DNA of 64,000 nt from the NCBI GenBank assembly GCA_001949185.1, contig BDGG01000001.1, forward strand, positions 1,796,478-1,860,477, given 5' to 3'. Shown here piece after piece: positions 24,863-38,829 of the stretch. This DNA is from Ramazzottius varieornatus. Taxonomy: Eukaryota > Animalia > Tardigrada. Positions within the stretch are counted from its first letter, which is position 1; the number at the start of each line of letters is the position of its first letter. Made by a program: the position numbers and the translations under genes. The notes under the pieces were generated by a model that had not been told where the DNA came from, made no database searches, and saw only the letters and a program-made list of their open reading frames with translations.

Positions 24863-27800
24863 TCATTTTTTTTCATCAACGAAGCCAAGTTGATCTATCA
24901 TTTCCGCGGCAGTAAGGGGCGAAGACGTCGGTTTGAAATGCTCCCGACCGCTTCCAGCTGAGTCGGCGTCTAGACTAGCGCCAATGTGATTCAACTTGGG
25001 TCTGTCACTTTTGCCCGGAGTAGCATCTGAAGCAAGGGAGAAGCGTTTCTGCGACAGCTTGACTGCAGGCACACCTGGTGGACTGTCGTGATAGATGCCT
25101 TCCGGGACGTTACGAGTATGGTGCTCTTCAAACATGGCCGGTGTGCTCCGACCTGGGGACATAACCGGCGAAGGACGACTGTAACCCAACTGCTCGACAA
25201 ACTCTTCCGCATTTTGAGGCGTCGAATCACGGCGGTTGTCGCTGTTTGGAACGTCTTGAGAGTTGGCCCGGCTATTGTTACTCATCATCCGGCGAATCGG
25301 GGTACCCTATAGAAATACATGGTATGTAAAGGCAGCGACCATACGGGCACTGGCTTTTACATCCAATACGCACCCTAGACTGACCGGAACCTCGACCGGA
25401 GCCCGAACCGCCATCTGTCGTGGATTTCTTTCTCTTCAACTCGATCTCGTCCAGTGGAGCATCGTCGCGGACCGTCGTCGTTCCGATCTCGGTTCCTGCT
25501 GGAATGATACCTTTGTGCAGCGCCATTTCGTCTAGCGGCACGGGCTTTATCGGTACTGGAAACCACCAACGTCTGTTAGACTACAGTGCCGCAAGGAACT
25601 CGGGGAACAAATTTCCCCAGTGGTGCACGCTTTCAGCCAATAACGCTGAAAAGATGTGCCACTTGGAAAAACAATACGGTCAAGCTTCCAAGTGGCGCAC
25701 GCTTTCAGCCGAAACAAAGAGATTTATGCGCCACCTGAGATGTCGATTTGTGTCAATTGGTTTATCTTGTTCAAGCTCGAGTATATGCTTACCGTCTTCT
25801 TCCTCGCCGTCACCAGCTACAGAATTCTGCCTCTCGTTCAATATCTCCACATTGACATGTCTCGGAAGTCTTGCTGACCTGGCTGACCGACCTCTACCCG
25901 ACGCAGGCCCACCTTCCGCCGCGTCCGGCCAGTTGAAACCGGGCGGCTTCTCGGCACTCTCCTCCTTCGATCTGGGAGTGGCCGGTGCCGACGGAGTGGC
26001 TTTATTGCCTTGATTGCTATCGGGCCAGGCAAAAGCCACCGCGTCTTCCTTTGCCAACGACGGGACATTGGCCACCGACATATCACTGTCCGGCACTGCA
26101 GCCGGCTTGTCATCGTCCTTGTCTCGATGGATCTTCTGGGACTGTGGGTGTTGCTTGTTGGTATGGATGATGGAATCGGCTGGCATGACAGTTTCTTCGG
26201 GCGGCGGAGCGTCGGGTGCAGGCTTGTCGTGGGCTAGCTCGATCATGTCTTCGGCAGAATCCACGTTAGCCTTGGTTGGATCGGGGTGGTCGAGGACTGG
26301 TTGGGTCTTTTGGAGAGGGGCTGGTGAAGCCTCGCCGGTGTCGGGTTCGGATTCCGTGCGGAGGTAGGTCTCGGTGGGTTTGGCTTCGTTGTCGTCGTCA
26401 GCTGAACGGACCATGGTTTCGGTTGCTTTCGGGGTTGTGGGGTCGTCTTCTGTCGATGTGGACCGGACGAATGTATCGGTAGGCTTTCCGGGGCTTTTGT
26501 TGTCGTCAGTGCCGTCTGTTACCGAATTGAGCCTCTCTACTCTGGTCTTTCCACCTAAATAGGAGGAAATTAATCGTAGAAAATCGCCTAAATCGTTCAA
26601 ACGTTCCGCTGAAGTGTTATCAGCTTGCAACATCGATCACAGTTGGGAAAACAAAATCCAAAAACCAATAATAATTATAGCGCAGGTCCGAAAACAGTTT
26701 TTCATCTCAGTCATTATTAAACCTGGCCGAACAGTCCTATTTTACACAGACTTACGCAATATTTTGCTCGCGAATAAAAGCTGTTTATTCTTTTAGCCGT
26801 TTCCGACTTACCTTCAGTTCCGCCCATCGACAGGAGTTCATTCTGGTACGTTTCTTCCACGTGCGGTATCTCCGAGGCCGTTGCCGAGTTGGGTCGCGAC
26901 ACCGTCTTGGTCCCGATAGACGAGGCAGCAGATGTTGGCCTTTTCCTCGCCGTCTCCGTCCGGCCTTCCTCACCTTGAACCTTGTCAGAGTCATTTACAG
27001 GCCAAACAAAGGGACTTTTCCTCTCACCTTCACTTCCTCCTTCCCCTTCACCCTCTGTCCCACTACCAGCTTTCCCTTCGTCTTCCCTGTCACCCACCCT
27101 CTTTCCACCACGGTACTCCACCTTCGAGCCAACATCGTTGATATTCGGTAGAGGCGGCGAAGAAGGTTCTGTCGTCGAAGGTGGTCGCACAACCGACGAA
27201 GACTTCCGGCTACGGGAAGTCTTTCGATCACGGCCGGTTGTTGTAACGTTCAGGCTGTTATCGAGTGGCGCGAGCTCTTCGGACAGTTCGGGACTCAGTC
27301 TGTCTTCGCAGTAGTTTTCTAGGAGTTTTTCCCGACCAGAATTAAGGGGCTCGTTGGGTGTTCTCAGGGAAGCGTCAAGAGCGTTGCCGTTTATCAAGCT
27401 GCCGCTCTTCAGATTACCGTTGCCCGCACCTGCGACTACAACAGATGGATTACAGTTTGGGTTGAATGGTGATGGACGTCATGAAGCTGTTTATGTGGCG
27501 GATAAGAATAATTGGACAAGATGGCTCGTCTTCCTGTGTTCTGTGTTCTCTGCCTACCTGGCAAGAGCTTTGCGGTGCTACGTTGCAAAGGCGCCGGTCG
27601 GGAGTTGTCACGCCCGCCACCATTGGTGAGCCGCGAACGCGATATTGATCTGCTACGCTTAACACCGAACGAAACTGAATCACCATTGAGGCGATCACGA
27701 AGAACCCCCTGCTTATCGGAGGAGGAAGCGTCTGTCGAGAAAACGGTGGTGTCGTTGAGACCACGCCGAGGCATACTGACACTTCTGCCAGGAGGTGGAG

Positions 27801-29341
27801 GCATCGCCGAGGGCTTTTTGTTGAAGGATTGCAACATGAACTCGTGGCCTTTGCACCTGTCATAAAGAAATCACTTAGCCGAATTAATTCGTGGAAATTT
27901 CTGAACGAAAAGCAACGAACAAAATATTCCTCTGGTTAACAGCTCGGCATGCAATCTCGACCCGATCTTGCTCCCAAATGACGCAAAGTTTCAGCCAACA
28001 ACAGCAGAAGCGTGCGCCACTTGAGAAAGCAATCTTTTCAAGTCTGTTTATTTCAAGTGGCTGACGCTCTTCGTGTTGGTGGCTGGCAGCATGCGCCGCT
28101 TGTCAAAGCGATCTGGTCAAGTTTGTTTGTCGAGCTCCCAAAATGATATGGTGGCAAATTTTGTTCTAAAATGTGAAACCACAAGAAAACGAAAACAAAA
28201 TAGAAAGATTAGTTTGAAAATGAAATTGAAAATACAATTAAGTTTTTGGATTGCGTGGATTATTTTACCGGTAGCAGAGAACAACATTGGTACATTCGAC
28301 AGCTTTGAAATGGGTAGTTTTCGAGCCGATCATCTGGTGGGTGGTGCGGAGCTTGTTCAGACAGCAGACAGAGATCTTGTGAAAGAAGTGTCCGTCAAGG
28401 TAGAAGGTAAAGTTGAGCGGAGTGCGTGAGCTGATCGATGATTGTTGGACGGGAAACTTGGCTGCAGCTAGAAACCACAAGGTCGAAAGGTTAACTTCCA
28501 ACCGACAACATCATTGATTTTGGTAATGGAATTGATTTTCTTCCGACACATTTCTATCATCCTTTTTCACACAACTCTCAAAAACCAGAAAAACCTGGCT
28601 GTCCGTCATAACAAACTGGACAACAAAGAAAGTCATTTACGGTAGAAATCCCTGTCAAACGCAACAAAAAAGATGCAAAGGGGAAAGTCTGCGCATGACT
28701 TCACACAGATCCTTATCTTAAATGGCGTACAGTTCCATTGTTATCAGCTGTGAGTGTGCGCCACTTGGGAAACGGTCTGGGTGAATTCAGTGCTGCCGGA
28801 TCAGTTCGATACCGGGGGTACGATATCTCTAAAATCTGCTGTAACATACTACGGCCAGGAAACAATGCTTACTTTCGTTCTGCATCCAAAATTCATGGTT
28901 TAGTCTAGACGAGCCTTTGCCTTGGCCAATATGCTGGACGATCTTGACATTGCGCATCTGGTCCTTGGCTCGTTTAATCAAGTTTCTGTTCTCGCTGTAG
29001 TCCATGAACGCAATGGTCACTTCGCCTATCATTTCGCCATTCTGTGACTTGTCGCTGCCCCGGTCCGACGTGGCCGAGTTAATTCCCCCAACTCCGTTGA
29101 TCTGCGGCAGTCGCTCCCTGTAGCCATTGGTGCCGTTGACGGCAGCCCCGTTGGTAAGCTTGTTCTTGAGGATAGGCTGTTGCGACTGTGGCTGAGGCTC
29201 GTTGGACCACTTGAAGGACTTGGCGTCACTGTCGGCCATTTGTGACTTTCTGGCTGGTCGACGAGTGGGTGAACGCGAAGGCGCGCGGTTACGGAAATAA
29301 TCATTCTTAGCGAAAGCTTCGGGCAGGATACCGCCGGACAT
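24863..29341 (-). CDS. ERICH3-like protein (DUF4590-like domain plus long disordered acidic tail), multi-exon
   Basis: EVTIAFM...VKIVQHIGQG, PLNFTFYLDGHFFHKISVCCLNK and IGSKTTHFKAVECTNVVLCYRC parallel the ERICH3 motifs PFSLTFFLNG...LSSCCEYK...PCYKC (from memory). Followed by D/E/S/P-rich exons. Confidence 0.7.
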
Positions 29342-32300
29342 TTCCTGGAGGAAATCAATTACGTAAGATATATTTGAACAGGTGAGGAAAAAATCGGCCC
29401 TGAGCGGGTTTTTGTCACTTACGAATGGAGAGAAAAAGGGAAGGGAGAAAAGACATGTTTCCTATTTACACAAGAAATTAAATTTACCTTTTTACTCATA
29501 ATGGCGGATGTGATGAAGAGGCGAATGCACAATGGTTAGATAAACACGCCGCCAGTCAAGATCACGAGGTCTGTAAACCCAACCCTTACTCGAAGAGCTC
29601 CTGTAATTAAACCCATGTACTGCACGAAGATGAGACTAGTTTTCATAAAGACCCAAGGCAAAACCTCAGTCCGAAACATACAGAGGAAACCGTGAGCGTA
29701 CTGTATGAAAGTTATGTGACTAAGATGGACACCGCAGGCAGTTGCAGCGAGCGGACAAACGTCGAAAGGTTAAAAGCTTTAATCGATGAGTTTACATTCT
29801 AATGTGTTCTCGTCATGTGGCGAAAATATCGAAAGGGAAAACAAAGGGAAAACCTGCAGCTGCGAGCTGTGCTAAGTCGCTCGATAAAAGTGGCCAAGAA
29901 AACTTGAAGCATGGGAACGGTACGATCAACCAACACGCCCTTTCAGAATGTTCCAGTCTACACTCCCTACCGGTAGGCTTCCGTCTTCCCTTCGGATACT
30001 GGTATGATGGCTGCGGAAAGCTGGAGCGGGTGTATAAATCAATATCGGATCGTTCATAATCACTTAGCGAGAAGCCACACAGGGTAGCGACCTCTGTCTG
30101 TCGACGCACCTGACAGGGATATTTATCCTTTCCCAAGAGAAACCTGCAGCTGCACAAATCTGTGAGCTATTTTTGGTTTAATCCGGCCTTTTGTTTGCAG
30201 GGGTTTTTACCCGTATCCATCTTCCCGGCTGAGAAGTTTTGGAAAGACTTCGCGAACGGGAATTTCTGTTCACGTTAACTCATCAGTTGCAATTGGTCAG
30301 ACTTTTCTGGAATTTTTTATTGATCATAGACACGGTAAACTCACACGTCAAATAATGCGTACTACTTTCGATCGGTGTGACAATGGCACAATTGGCAAAT
30401 CCATAAGGAAGAACTGGATGGAACTTTCGAGTAAAGTTGCTGAGATCATTCTAGAGTGTATGACCAAGCGTGACTGCCGTTATATGGTCGATCGAAACGT
30501 GGAACTGTATGATAAAAAGATGGACCAGGAAGCCGAGAACCTTGCATATAGCGGGCAGTCGAATCGAACATGGGTAGCCGGCAGTCGAATCGAACATGGT
30601 CTCAAGTGGCGCACATTCTCATTGTTCTTGGCTGGACTGTGCGCCCCTTGGGAAAACGAGCCTGTTCAAGTCACTTGCCGACGTCCCAAATGAAAGCCAC
30701 ACCCGCGGTATGAGTGTGAGTACAGTATAGTAAGAGCTCTTTTGACCTTCAATCGATCGGCGCGTGTATTTTTCACCTCCTCCCCGCTATTTGACTGTCC
30801 GCCTTACCGGAAGTTGCTTACAACACCGCTTTTCAGCGTCGTGTGGTCGTAATGCAAACAGCCTTCTTTATGAAGTTGGAGCTTTCATGTCGGCTGTTAA
30901 GAGTAGAGCCGTGCCTTCTTTGGCTCTCAGGGGATGTCAAGAAGACAGACCTGCACTTACTCCTCACGTAATATGCGCGAAAGAGCAAGTGAAGTGATTC
31001 TTTCTAAGATACGCGGAAAAACCTATTACTCGCTCTCGGATACGGACACCATTCTTCGGGTCCTGAACCCTTACGTCTGAAGTGCAGGCTTCAGTTGTCT
31101 TTACGAATCGAACCATGTGCTCGCGTAGAACCAACGAAGCTAGTTGCGTCAAGAGAAGTTTTAACAAACGTACCGTTCAAAATTTGGGAAGCGAAATCAT
31201 ATCCACCCCCAGTGTACAAGTTCTTGATCCTCAGGAGGCCAGAACGCGTCCCCGTTCCTCCGCGAGTGGAATATCTGCTGCGGCGCCTTCCGTTCCCACA
31301 TGGTTTTGTACAATGTACCGCTCGACGCTCAATCTGCCAGAATCCAAGAAGAGAACTGTTCACGATGAAGATGAGAACGCCTAGTGGTATTATTTTCTGA
31401 CTCGGCCAACACTGCAATGTGAAACTTACGGGATACGCGAGCGAGGACTGGAAGCGCACACTTCGTATCGATATTCGATCGATGATAATCCGCTTGGCCC
31501 TTCACACACTTCTCAAGTACGCATCCTGGTCGATCAGAGAAACCTTCACCTGTGAGCGCGTCTCAACAGCAGGTACTTCTGCCTGTCGGCCTAGTTTGGC
31601 GTACCCACTATGCGCCTCCTGCCTGGGCGGAAGAACTGGGCTGGAGAAGTCGGTTTCCCTTGGTTCTGTAGACAACAATCCATAATTCATCATGGATCGA
31701 CATCTCATCTATAGTTCTACATTCCGAATAGCCTTCCGCGCAGCTCGAAGGACCCTCCAAATTTGTGTTATTTTTATCGTTTTTCCCCTCATATTCTCCT
31801 GAAGGCACCGGAAGTGAGTCTGAAGACGTTTCTGCTACCTATCACTATCAGAACACACAAGACAGCAGGTGAGCGCACGAAGCAAGGGAAAAGTTGAAAA
31901 GCCAGAGTGAGAAAACGAATGAAATTCATCGAGAATTCCGAATCTGGCGAGTGATCGAGTATTTTGTTCAAACACAAGGCTTGGCGAAACTGCCATCATG
32001 ATCTTCTCCAGCAGAGGTACTAATGTTCGTAACCTTGTTCATGCAGCGTGACTTACCCGACGTCAGTGAATTTGAGCACTGGCGCCTTCACTAGTGCAGA
32101 TGCGATGCGCGTAGGCATGCCACTTGAGTTGCGCAACTCGCCAGAAGTTCTTCATGTCTTCCAGCACGAAGCGGCACGGGTCTTGAGACGCTGCTGTCAT
32201 GCGTCCTGGACGTAACGTCTGGCGTTCCTTCTGAGCTTTCAGGACGTCCAAGCGCCTGACAGAGACGCTCTTTCCCATCATCAGCTCTACTCACTTTCCA

Positions 32301-32477
32301 TATCCGTGTCATCTGAAACGAAAAACTTATAAAGAACGCCGTCGAAATGTACATACCGAAGATATTCAGTTCACTTCTCTCTCCTCCCCCGCTGTTTCTC
32401 TCGCTTCACAAGACTACCTTTGCCCTTCGCAACGTCCATTACCGGTCTCTGACAGAAGCGCGCACGGCCAATCCATC

Positions 32478-33517
32478 ATGTCGGCCGTGCTCGTGACAGC
32501 GCTTGCGTTTCTGACCTTGCTGGCGCCGAGTGACGCCACGTGGATACCGAACGATGTGGCTACCCGCTTTGGCATTCCCGTCATGATGGCTGAAGCGGTG
32601 AGTGGTACGAATTCTCCTGAGGGTTATTCCTAGCTAATACTCAAAACACATCCTGCCTTGGCTGTCCGGGTTTCGCGTCTTGTAACCAAACGGAAAAATT
32701 ATTTTTACAGCATGAAGCGCAAGTTCGAAGCATCGCGGTCCAGCCTGGCATGGGCATTCGCCACCTGCGTATGGCTTCTTGCGGAACTAGCGATTGGGTC
32801 AAGATCAACCAACTGACCATCTCTCCAAGTGTTAGCGACCTACAGACGTCGTCTCAACTTTTTCCAGCTTACTGCTCGTAACGAAAACCTGAATAGAACC
32901 TTCTCTTTCTAAGACAGATATGAAACTGACGGGTGATGTTCAAATCCTATCCCAAACGAAGGACAGTTCCCCAATTGCGGTGAGTATTCCCAGTTACGCC
33001 ACTATTCTAGCAGTTGAAAACTTTGAAACCATGAATTTCTGTTTCTCAGGTTGATATCGATATCAAGAAACAGTTTCCCTTCTCGGTTGGAACCATCCGT
33101 AAGTATCAAAAGTCCGAGTTCCGAAGCCGGAAGGAAGTCGTATCAACCGACAAGACTGGGATTTTTTTTGCCCAGATACCCATCACTTTAGCGATATCTG
33201 TAGCTTCGCTCACCAGTTCGCCGATAAGTGCGCCACCAACATCACAGTCTTGGAGAACAACAACATACCTTGTGCTTGTCCAGTTCCCCAGGTACGCCGA
33301 TGTGCTTCCTCGTGTCCCTTCGCTTCTCAGCACTGAGTTGTTCTCTTTGGCAGGGGAAGTAAACTGTGAAGCAGCTTCTACTGATGCCGCTGGCCTCCCA
33401 GCATCACGGTACCATCCGCTCCTTCATGACCAACGGAACTACTTCGCCAAGGTGACCATGAAACAGGACAACAAAGTCATCGCTTGCCAAACTGTCTCTG
33501 CTGCTGTCCAAGTGTAA
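32478..33517 (+). pseudogene. Secreted ML-domain (GM2-activator-like) gene with a stop and a frameshift in the last exon
   Basis: Signal peptide MSAVLVTALAFLTLLAPSDA; SCG..WVKINQLTISP; DIC...C...NIPCACPVPQG. Last exon reads GK*(TAA 33360-33362)TVK...SFMTNG, then shifts frame to NYFAKV...IACQTVSAAVQV. Confidence 0.65.
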
Positions 33518-34615
33518 CCTACAAGCCACACTGCAGATATAATTAGAATCCGGACACATTGTATGGGATTAGAAAGCGCCAGATAATAAAACGCGTATCT
33601 ACTGTCTTCGTTTCTTTTTTTCCAGGAAGTCTCATTTTGAACATGGTGCATTGTACAGCTTGGTATTAAACCCAACATCCGAACGAAGCAAAAACTGCCA
33701 AAACTGTCTCGTGATGGAAGTCGGATTTGATCCGGCACCAAGGAGGGGCGTAGTTAGTAGTGAAAAGCTGTTGATCGAAGTTGCATGCCGCCAACGATAC
33801 AGCAGCATTACAACTTCGTACCGACAGCCAGTGTCACAGGCAACCTCTCCAGCAAGCAACCTTCGGAGGAGTGATCCCGCAGCGTCGAAGTTTGGTGCAC
33901 AAAGCTATTCGTCCTACAATGTATCACAAATCTCTCGTGATGACATACAGCGGGAGGTTCATGAAGCACTGCAGTACGTTCAGCAATCACCCAGGCTGAA
34001 AACACAGGCTTTGACAGAGCTGTACTTACCGGACGTCCAAAAACCTGAAACCATTTCACAATATGTACTGTCTATGTACTTATCCCTTCGCACTCGGGAA
34101 AAAGATGGTGCGTGCCGACGTGCGGTGTAACTTTGAATTGTCGCTGCGGAAGACTCGATTGTGTGACGACGGGACGCGATGATTATGTTGCGAAGCCTTA
34201 CTGACGCTCTACTCGAAGCTGACGTTGATCAGTTGTGGAAGGTTGACTGTACTCGTATTGGACTCGAAGAGGAAGCTCTAATGACGCTGCAGATTCGTGT
34301 GTGCGGTGTTGTGCAGAACAAAATGGCTAGAAGTTGATGTGTAAAGCAGAGCGACAACTAGAAGCAGGTGTAGTGTAGCGTAGGGAGGTCTGTGAAGGTA
34401 TGAAGTGTCGTAGTAACAGTAGAGAAGCAGTCGATGGGACTGTAAAAGAAGAGTAGAGTAGGGGCATAGCTGCGAAGTGCGAACTGACGAGACGACCACT
34501 ACAAAGCAGACGCAACTTCATGACTGTGGGAATGACTGCCTAAATTCCAAATAACAAATCAAATGACAAACAACAGTGTCAGTCCATCACTCTTCACTTA
34601 ATTCTTGGTGATCCT

Positions 34616-35568
34616 TTAGTCTTTCGAGCCAGGAGATCCGTTCTTGTCCTCCGAGTCTCCGCGACCAGATCGACGTGACTTGCGTTCCGTGTCCGGACTT
34701 CCGGAGTCTCTTCGGCGTGGCTTACGCTCGGGTTCCGGGCTGCCAGACTCCATTCGCTCCCTCTTCGAGTCTCCGTTACGATCTCGGTCTCCGCGGGGTG
34801 GAGGAGATCGACTGCGCGATCGTCGACGAGGTGGTCTGTCATCGCGTCCTCCTGTGAAAGAAACAATGACACAAAGGTTAATCAAATGATTCAAATCAAC
34901 CAAGTTGCATGACCGGATTAACCATTCTAACAAAGCCAGTAAAACAAAGCGGGTGACGTCAGAGAGCCATGATGCATCACCAGCACAAGACGATTACGTC
35001 CCGGTACCCCATTTAACAGCAATAACGAATGAACGCTCCGTTGCCGTTAGTGTTCGCTGCGGAAATTTCGATTTCGAGCGGAGTAAAGACGGCAGTCCGC
35101 CGATAATCTTCAACTCGTTTGTATCGCGTTCAGCTTCATCCAGAAAGCTCTTCCCGTTCTCATCTATCAGCAGAACGAAAGAAAGATAAACGAAGGGTAA
35201 AACTAACCTCGATCTCGCCCATCACGGCTTCCATATCCGTTTCCTCCACGTCCATAATCGCGATCACGTCCGCCGCCATCGCGCTCGCCGAATCCTCGCT
35301 TCGACTTGGATCGCCCATTGGACAGTTCCACTCTGACACGACGTCCACACAGGTTACGGCCGTCCATATCTCGAGATGCGTCCTCAGCGTCTCGCGCATC
35401 TTCAAACTCCACGAAGGCAAATCCGGGAGGGTTACGTGCTACCCAGACATTCTTCAGTGGTCCGAATCGACCGAAAGCATGTTCGATCTCGCCGCGATCC
35501 CCGTTGTTACCCAAATCGCCAATGTATACCTTGCAGTCCAGAGGACCTGTGTTCCGGCTTCGAGACAT
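34616..35568 (-). CDS. SR splicing factor, SRSF3/SRSF7 (RBP1) type: RRM plus RS domain
   Basis: [10 protein letters not shown]...[29 protein letters not shown]...[10 protein letters not shown]; second exon [11 protein letters not shown]. Confidence 0.9.
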
Positions 35569-36136
35569 TGCAGCTTCCAACCTGAGAAAAGAACATGATA
35601 CAAAGACGAAAATTAGGGCAATGGAAATATCCCGTAGCGTCGCTTTGATTATTGATCAGCTTAATCAGGCGTGTTCTCGTACGACGTACGTGGCGTTCTA
35701 CCCGAGAAACACACTTACCTGTTGAACAGACGGTTCTCCCAACACAATTCTGGATCGTTTTCCGTTCGATATTCGAGGAGATTCTCGAGAACACACGCTG
35801 TTTCCCAACAGGACGCTGGATCGGAGAGGGATTTCAAAATGGCAGAAGAAAATGGAAGTTCGTGCGCCAGTTAGAAACCAAGTATGTCCTATATGAGTCA
35901 CTCTTGTGGGAGGTGTTCAAACGCGCAGTCGAATGACAAAATAGCCCGATACAAGTAATGACGAACCAGGAACCAAAAGAACCGAGCGAACGCGCTGACT
36001 ATGCCACGCGTGACATCATCCGCCTGCCTTGATTGTTCAACCTTGATTGCTTTGTTGTCTTTTCCGACGTCGGCAGTTGTTTGGTGTGATTTTCTTTCCT
36101 CGCCTAAGTCGAAGCTTGTCACCTTGCTTCCGTGGA

Positions 36137-38388
36137 ATGGATGATGAGATGATGGGAATGAGTCCAAAGGAAAGATGCAAGGTCAGTGGAAAACCACCGT
36201 AGAAGAAAGCATTCCTTGGAACGTCTCTCGTAAAGAGTGTTTTCTTCGGGCATCCATCTGGTGTATTTGGGGTTTATATTCCCACTCGTGTTGGGTTGAT
36301 TGTTTGAACTGTGGTGGACTCAAGTGTTACCTTTTTGCAGACGCCATCGCAGACTTCCCTAACGAAAAGCGGAGAATCCTGCTCGAAATTACATGGTCTC
36401 GTGAAACGGTACATGTTCCCCGGGTTAGCAGGATCTCCCGCGAACGTAGCGGAATGTTCGACGGATGGTGCGGAAAGCCTTCGGGCTCTTGACTTGATTT
36501 CCTGTCTTCCCAAAGAGGTCCAACGTGACTTTCGATTAGATTGCTAATTGTCTCTTGAGCAAGCAAGTTTACGAATCCCCGTAACCTCTAAGTCCACTAC
36601 TTAACCGCATTGTATTGTGATTTTCAGCTTGCTCTTAACGTATTCCGGTTTTTGGAAGCCAGAGACCTCATTAATTCCTCCCAAACTTGCCGTCTCTGGC
36701 GGTACCTGGCTGAGGACGATGTTCTCTGGAGGAATAAGAACTCCGAAATTGGTCTACCCGATGAACGGCTCCTACTACAATCCCCTTCGTGTTATCCGGA
36801 TGGTTTCCAGCGAAGCTCTTGGAAACTAAATTATCGAAGGCATTATCGGATTGATGCCAACTGGAGGAATGGCACGAAGCGCCCTGCCAAGGTGAGATCC
36901 AGCAAGCTTGATTTATTATTCAAGATCGTACGCTTATCGGGTTCGCTTCGTAGCTTGTAAATGCGCACACTGGATACCTGATAACTTGCCTTTTGTTCAC
37001 GGACAACAATCGGATAATAAGTGGGTCCGACGACGGTACTCTGAAAGTATGGTCCGTTGAAACAGGCGAGGTGAGTGCAAGCATATTCCGAAACTTCTAA
37101 GTGATGAATTTGAAGAGTAAGTTTATCTTTCTCAGTGTATATTTTCCCTTCTCGGACACGGTGGAGGAGTCTGGGCAGCTGATGTTGAAGGTGCGGTATT
37201 GGTCAGTGGGTCTACAGACCGCACAGTTCGCGTGTGGAACCTGACGAACGGACAAGCGGAAGCGACCTTGTATGGACATTCTTCCACTGTCCGGTGTCTA
37301 GCCGTAAGGAATGGCTTGTAGGTTCTCCCATTTTCTCTGGAAATTTCGATAGAACTATCGACGTCTGTCGTGTGATTTACAGGTGCGTGAGTGGGTCGAG
37401 GGATTGCACGTTAAGGCTATGGCAGGTCCAAGTCGCTCCTCCAGGAACCCTTGTCTTGAACAACTCATGCGTTGGAGTTCTTCAAGGCCATGGGGCGGCA
37501 GTAAGATGTGTTCGTTTCAATGGTGAATTCATCGTCAGCGGGTCCTACGACCATCAGATACGCGTGTGGAGCGCCACAGAAAAGAAGTGCCTTCATGTTC
37601 TGGCCGGCCATACGCATCGTATCTACTCCCTCCAGGTACTGCTTTAGCTTTCATCCCCAGTGCTACTAGCATACTCGCTAGCTACAGCCGTGATTTTCAT
37701 TTCTTCTCCTAGTTCGATGGAACTCACGTGGTCAGTGGCTCTCTGGACACAAGCATCAGGTTCGTATTCAAAGGATTAGAAACTTTTCTGTTTACCAGAA
37801 ATTTCTCACATGAAATTAGTAGTATCGTCTCGATCTGACGTGTTTGTCTCTAGGGTATGGGATGTGAGAACAGGTGCGTTGAAGCACGTCCTTGTCGGCC
37901 ATGAGTCGCTGATCAGCGGGATGCACCAACGCGATCACATTCTTATTTCCGGCAACGCGGATGCCACTGTGAGGATGTGGGACATCCGGACAGGAACTTG
38001 CTTGAAAACTCTCGGCAGTGGTACGTACCGAGAAGTTCGCTCGTTTAGCTTTTCGTGGTAAGGTCAATAAAGGTTGTGAATATGAATGGGAACTTTACTT
38101 GCAGAAGAGGCCAAGCACGAAAGCGCGGTGACAAGTGTCCACTTCGACCAGAACTTCGTGGTGACTTCCTCGGACGACGGAACCGTAAAGCTTTGGGATC
38201 TCCATACTGGCCAGTTCATCCGGAACATCGTGACGCTGACCAGTCGGAGTAGTGGCGGCGTCGTCTGGAGGATCATCGCCAACAAGACCAAGCTGGTCTG
38301 TGCAGTTGGAAGTCGCGACCGTAACAACCAGATAACCAACATTGAAGAAACAAAAATTATCCTCTTTGATTTTGACACTGCCAATTAG
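36137..38388 (+). CDS. FBXW7: F-box/WD40 protein, FBXW7/archipelago/SEL-10-like
   Basis: F-box LDLISCLPKELALNVFRFL...QTCRLWRYLAEDDVLW. WD40 repeats keep the phosphodegron arginines (GHSSTVRC, VSGSRD, GHGAAVRC). Ends SGGVVWRI...EETKIILFDFD. Start exon tentative. Confidence 0.85.
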
Positions 38389-38829
38389 GGCGACGCCTTC
38401 GTTTTCTTAATTCATCTGTTTCTGTCTTGCGACAGAGCTTGCTGTCCTGTTTCTCAGCCAAACCTCCATGCTCAGTTATACGTTTGAATCCTGTTGCAGA
38501 TTACGGTTTTGACTTCTGACGTTCTGCGCTTTCTTTCGTTTTGGTATTGCTGGTTCCCTTCTATCTTCGACTTTTAACCGTATTTTTTTGACTTCTTCGT
38601 TGACGTTTAGTTGTCCCAATAATCAAGAACAAGTTTTGATAACGACGATCTTTATTCCATTTCAGTTGCACGCGAAGTCCGAGGAATTCCTACATCTGAC
38701 GAACACAAAAGAAATTCGGGGCGTCGTAGTATCGATCTTTACACAAGACGCCAGCAGGGTGGCATTGCGAGTTCTACGGTTCAACATTCGGAAGAGTTCG
38801 TACGATTAAACAGGTCGCGGAGACAGAAT

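Noticed and set aside
25680-25792. C-terminal end of the 317-aa ORF (HLRWRINLF...VRHLEA)
   Set aside because: Read-through past a GTAAG donor at 25792 into an intron containing the palindromic repeat.
29800-32354. Scattered ORFs upstream of the ERICH3-like gene
   Set aside because: I could not join them into a consistent spliced frame or recognise a domain.
33651-34130. 159-aa + strand ORF
   Set aside because: No ATG start in the called frame, no recognisable domain, and it lies between two converging 3' ends.
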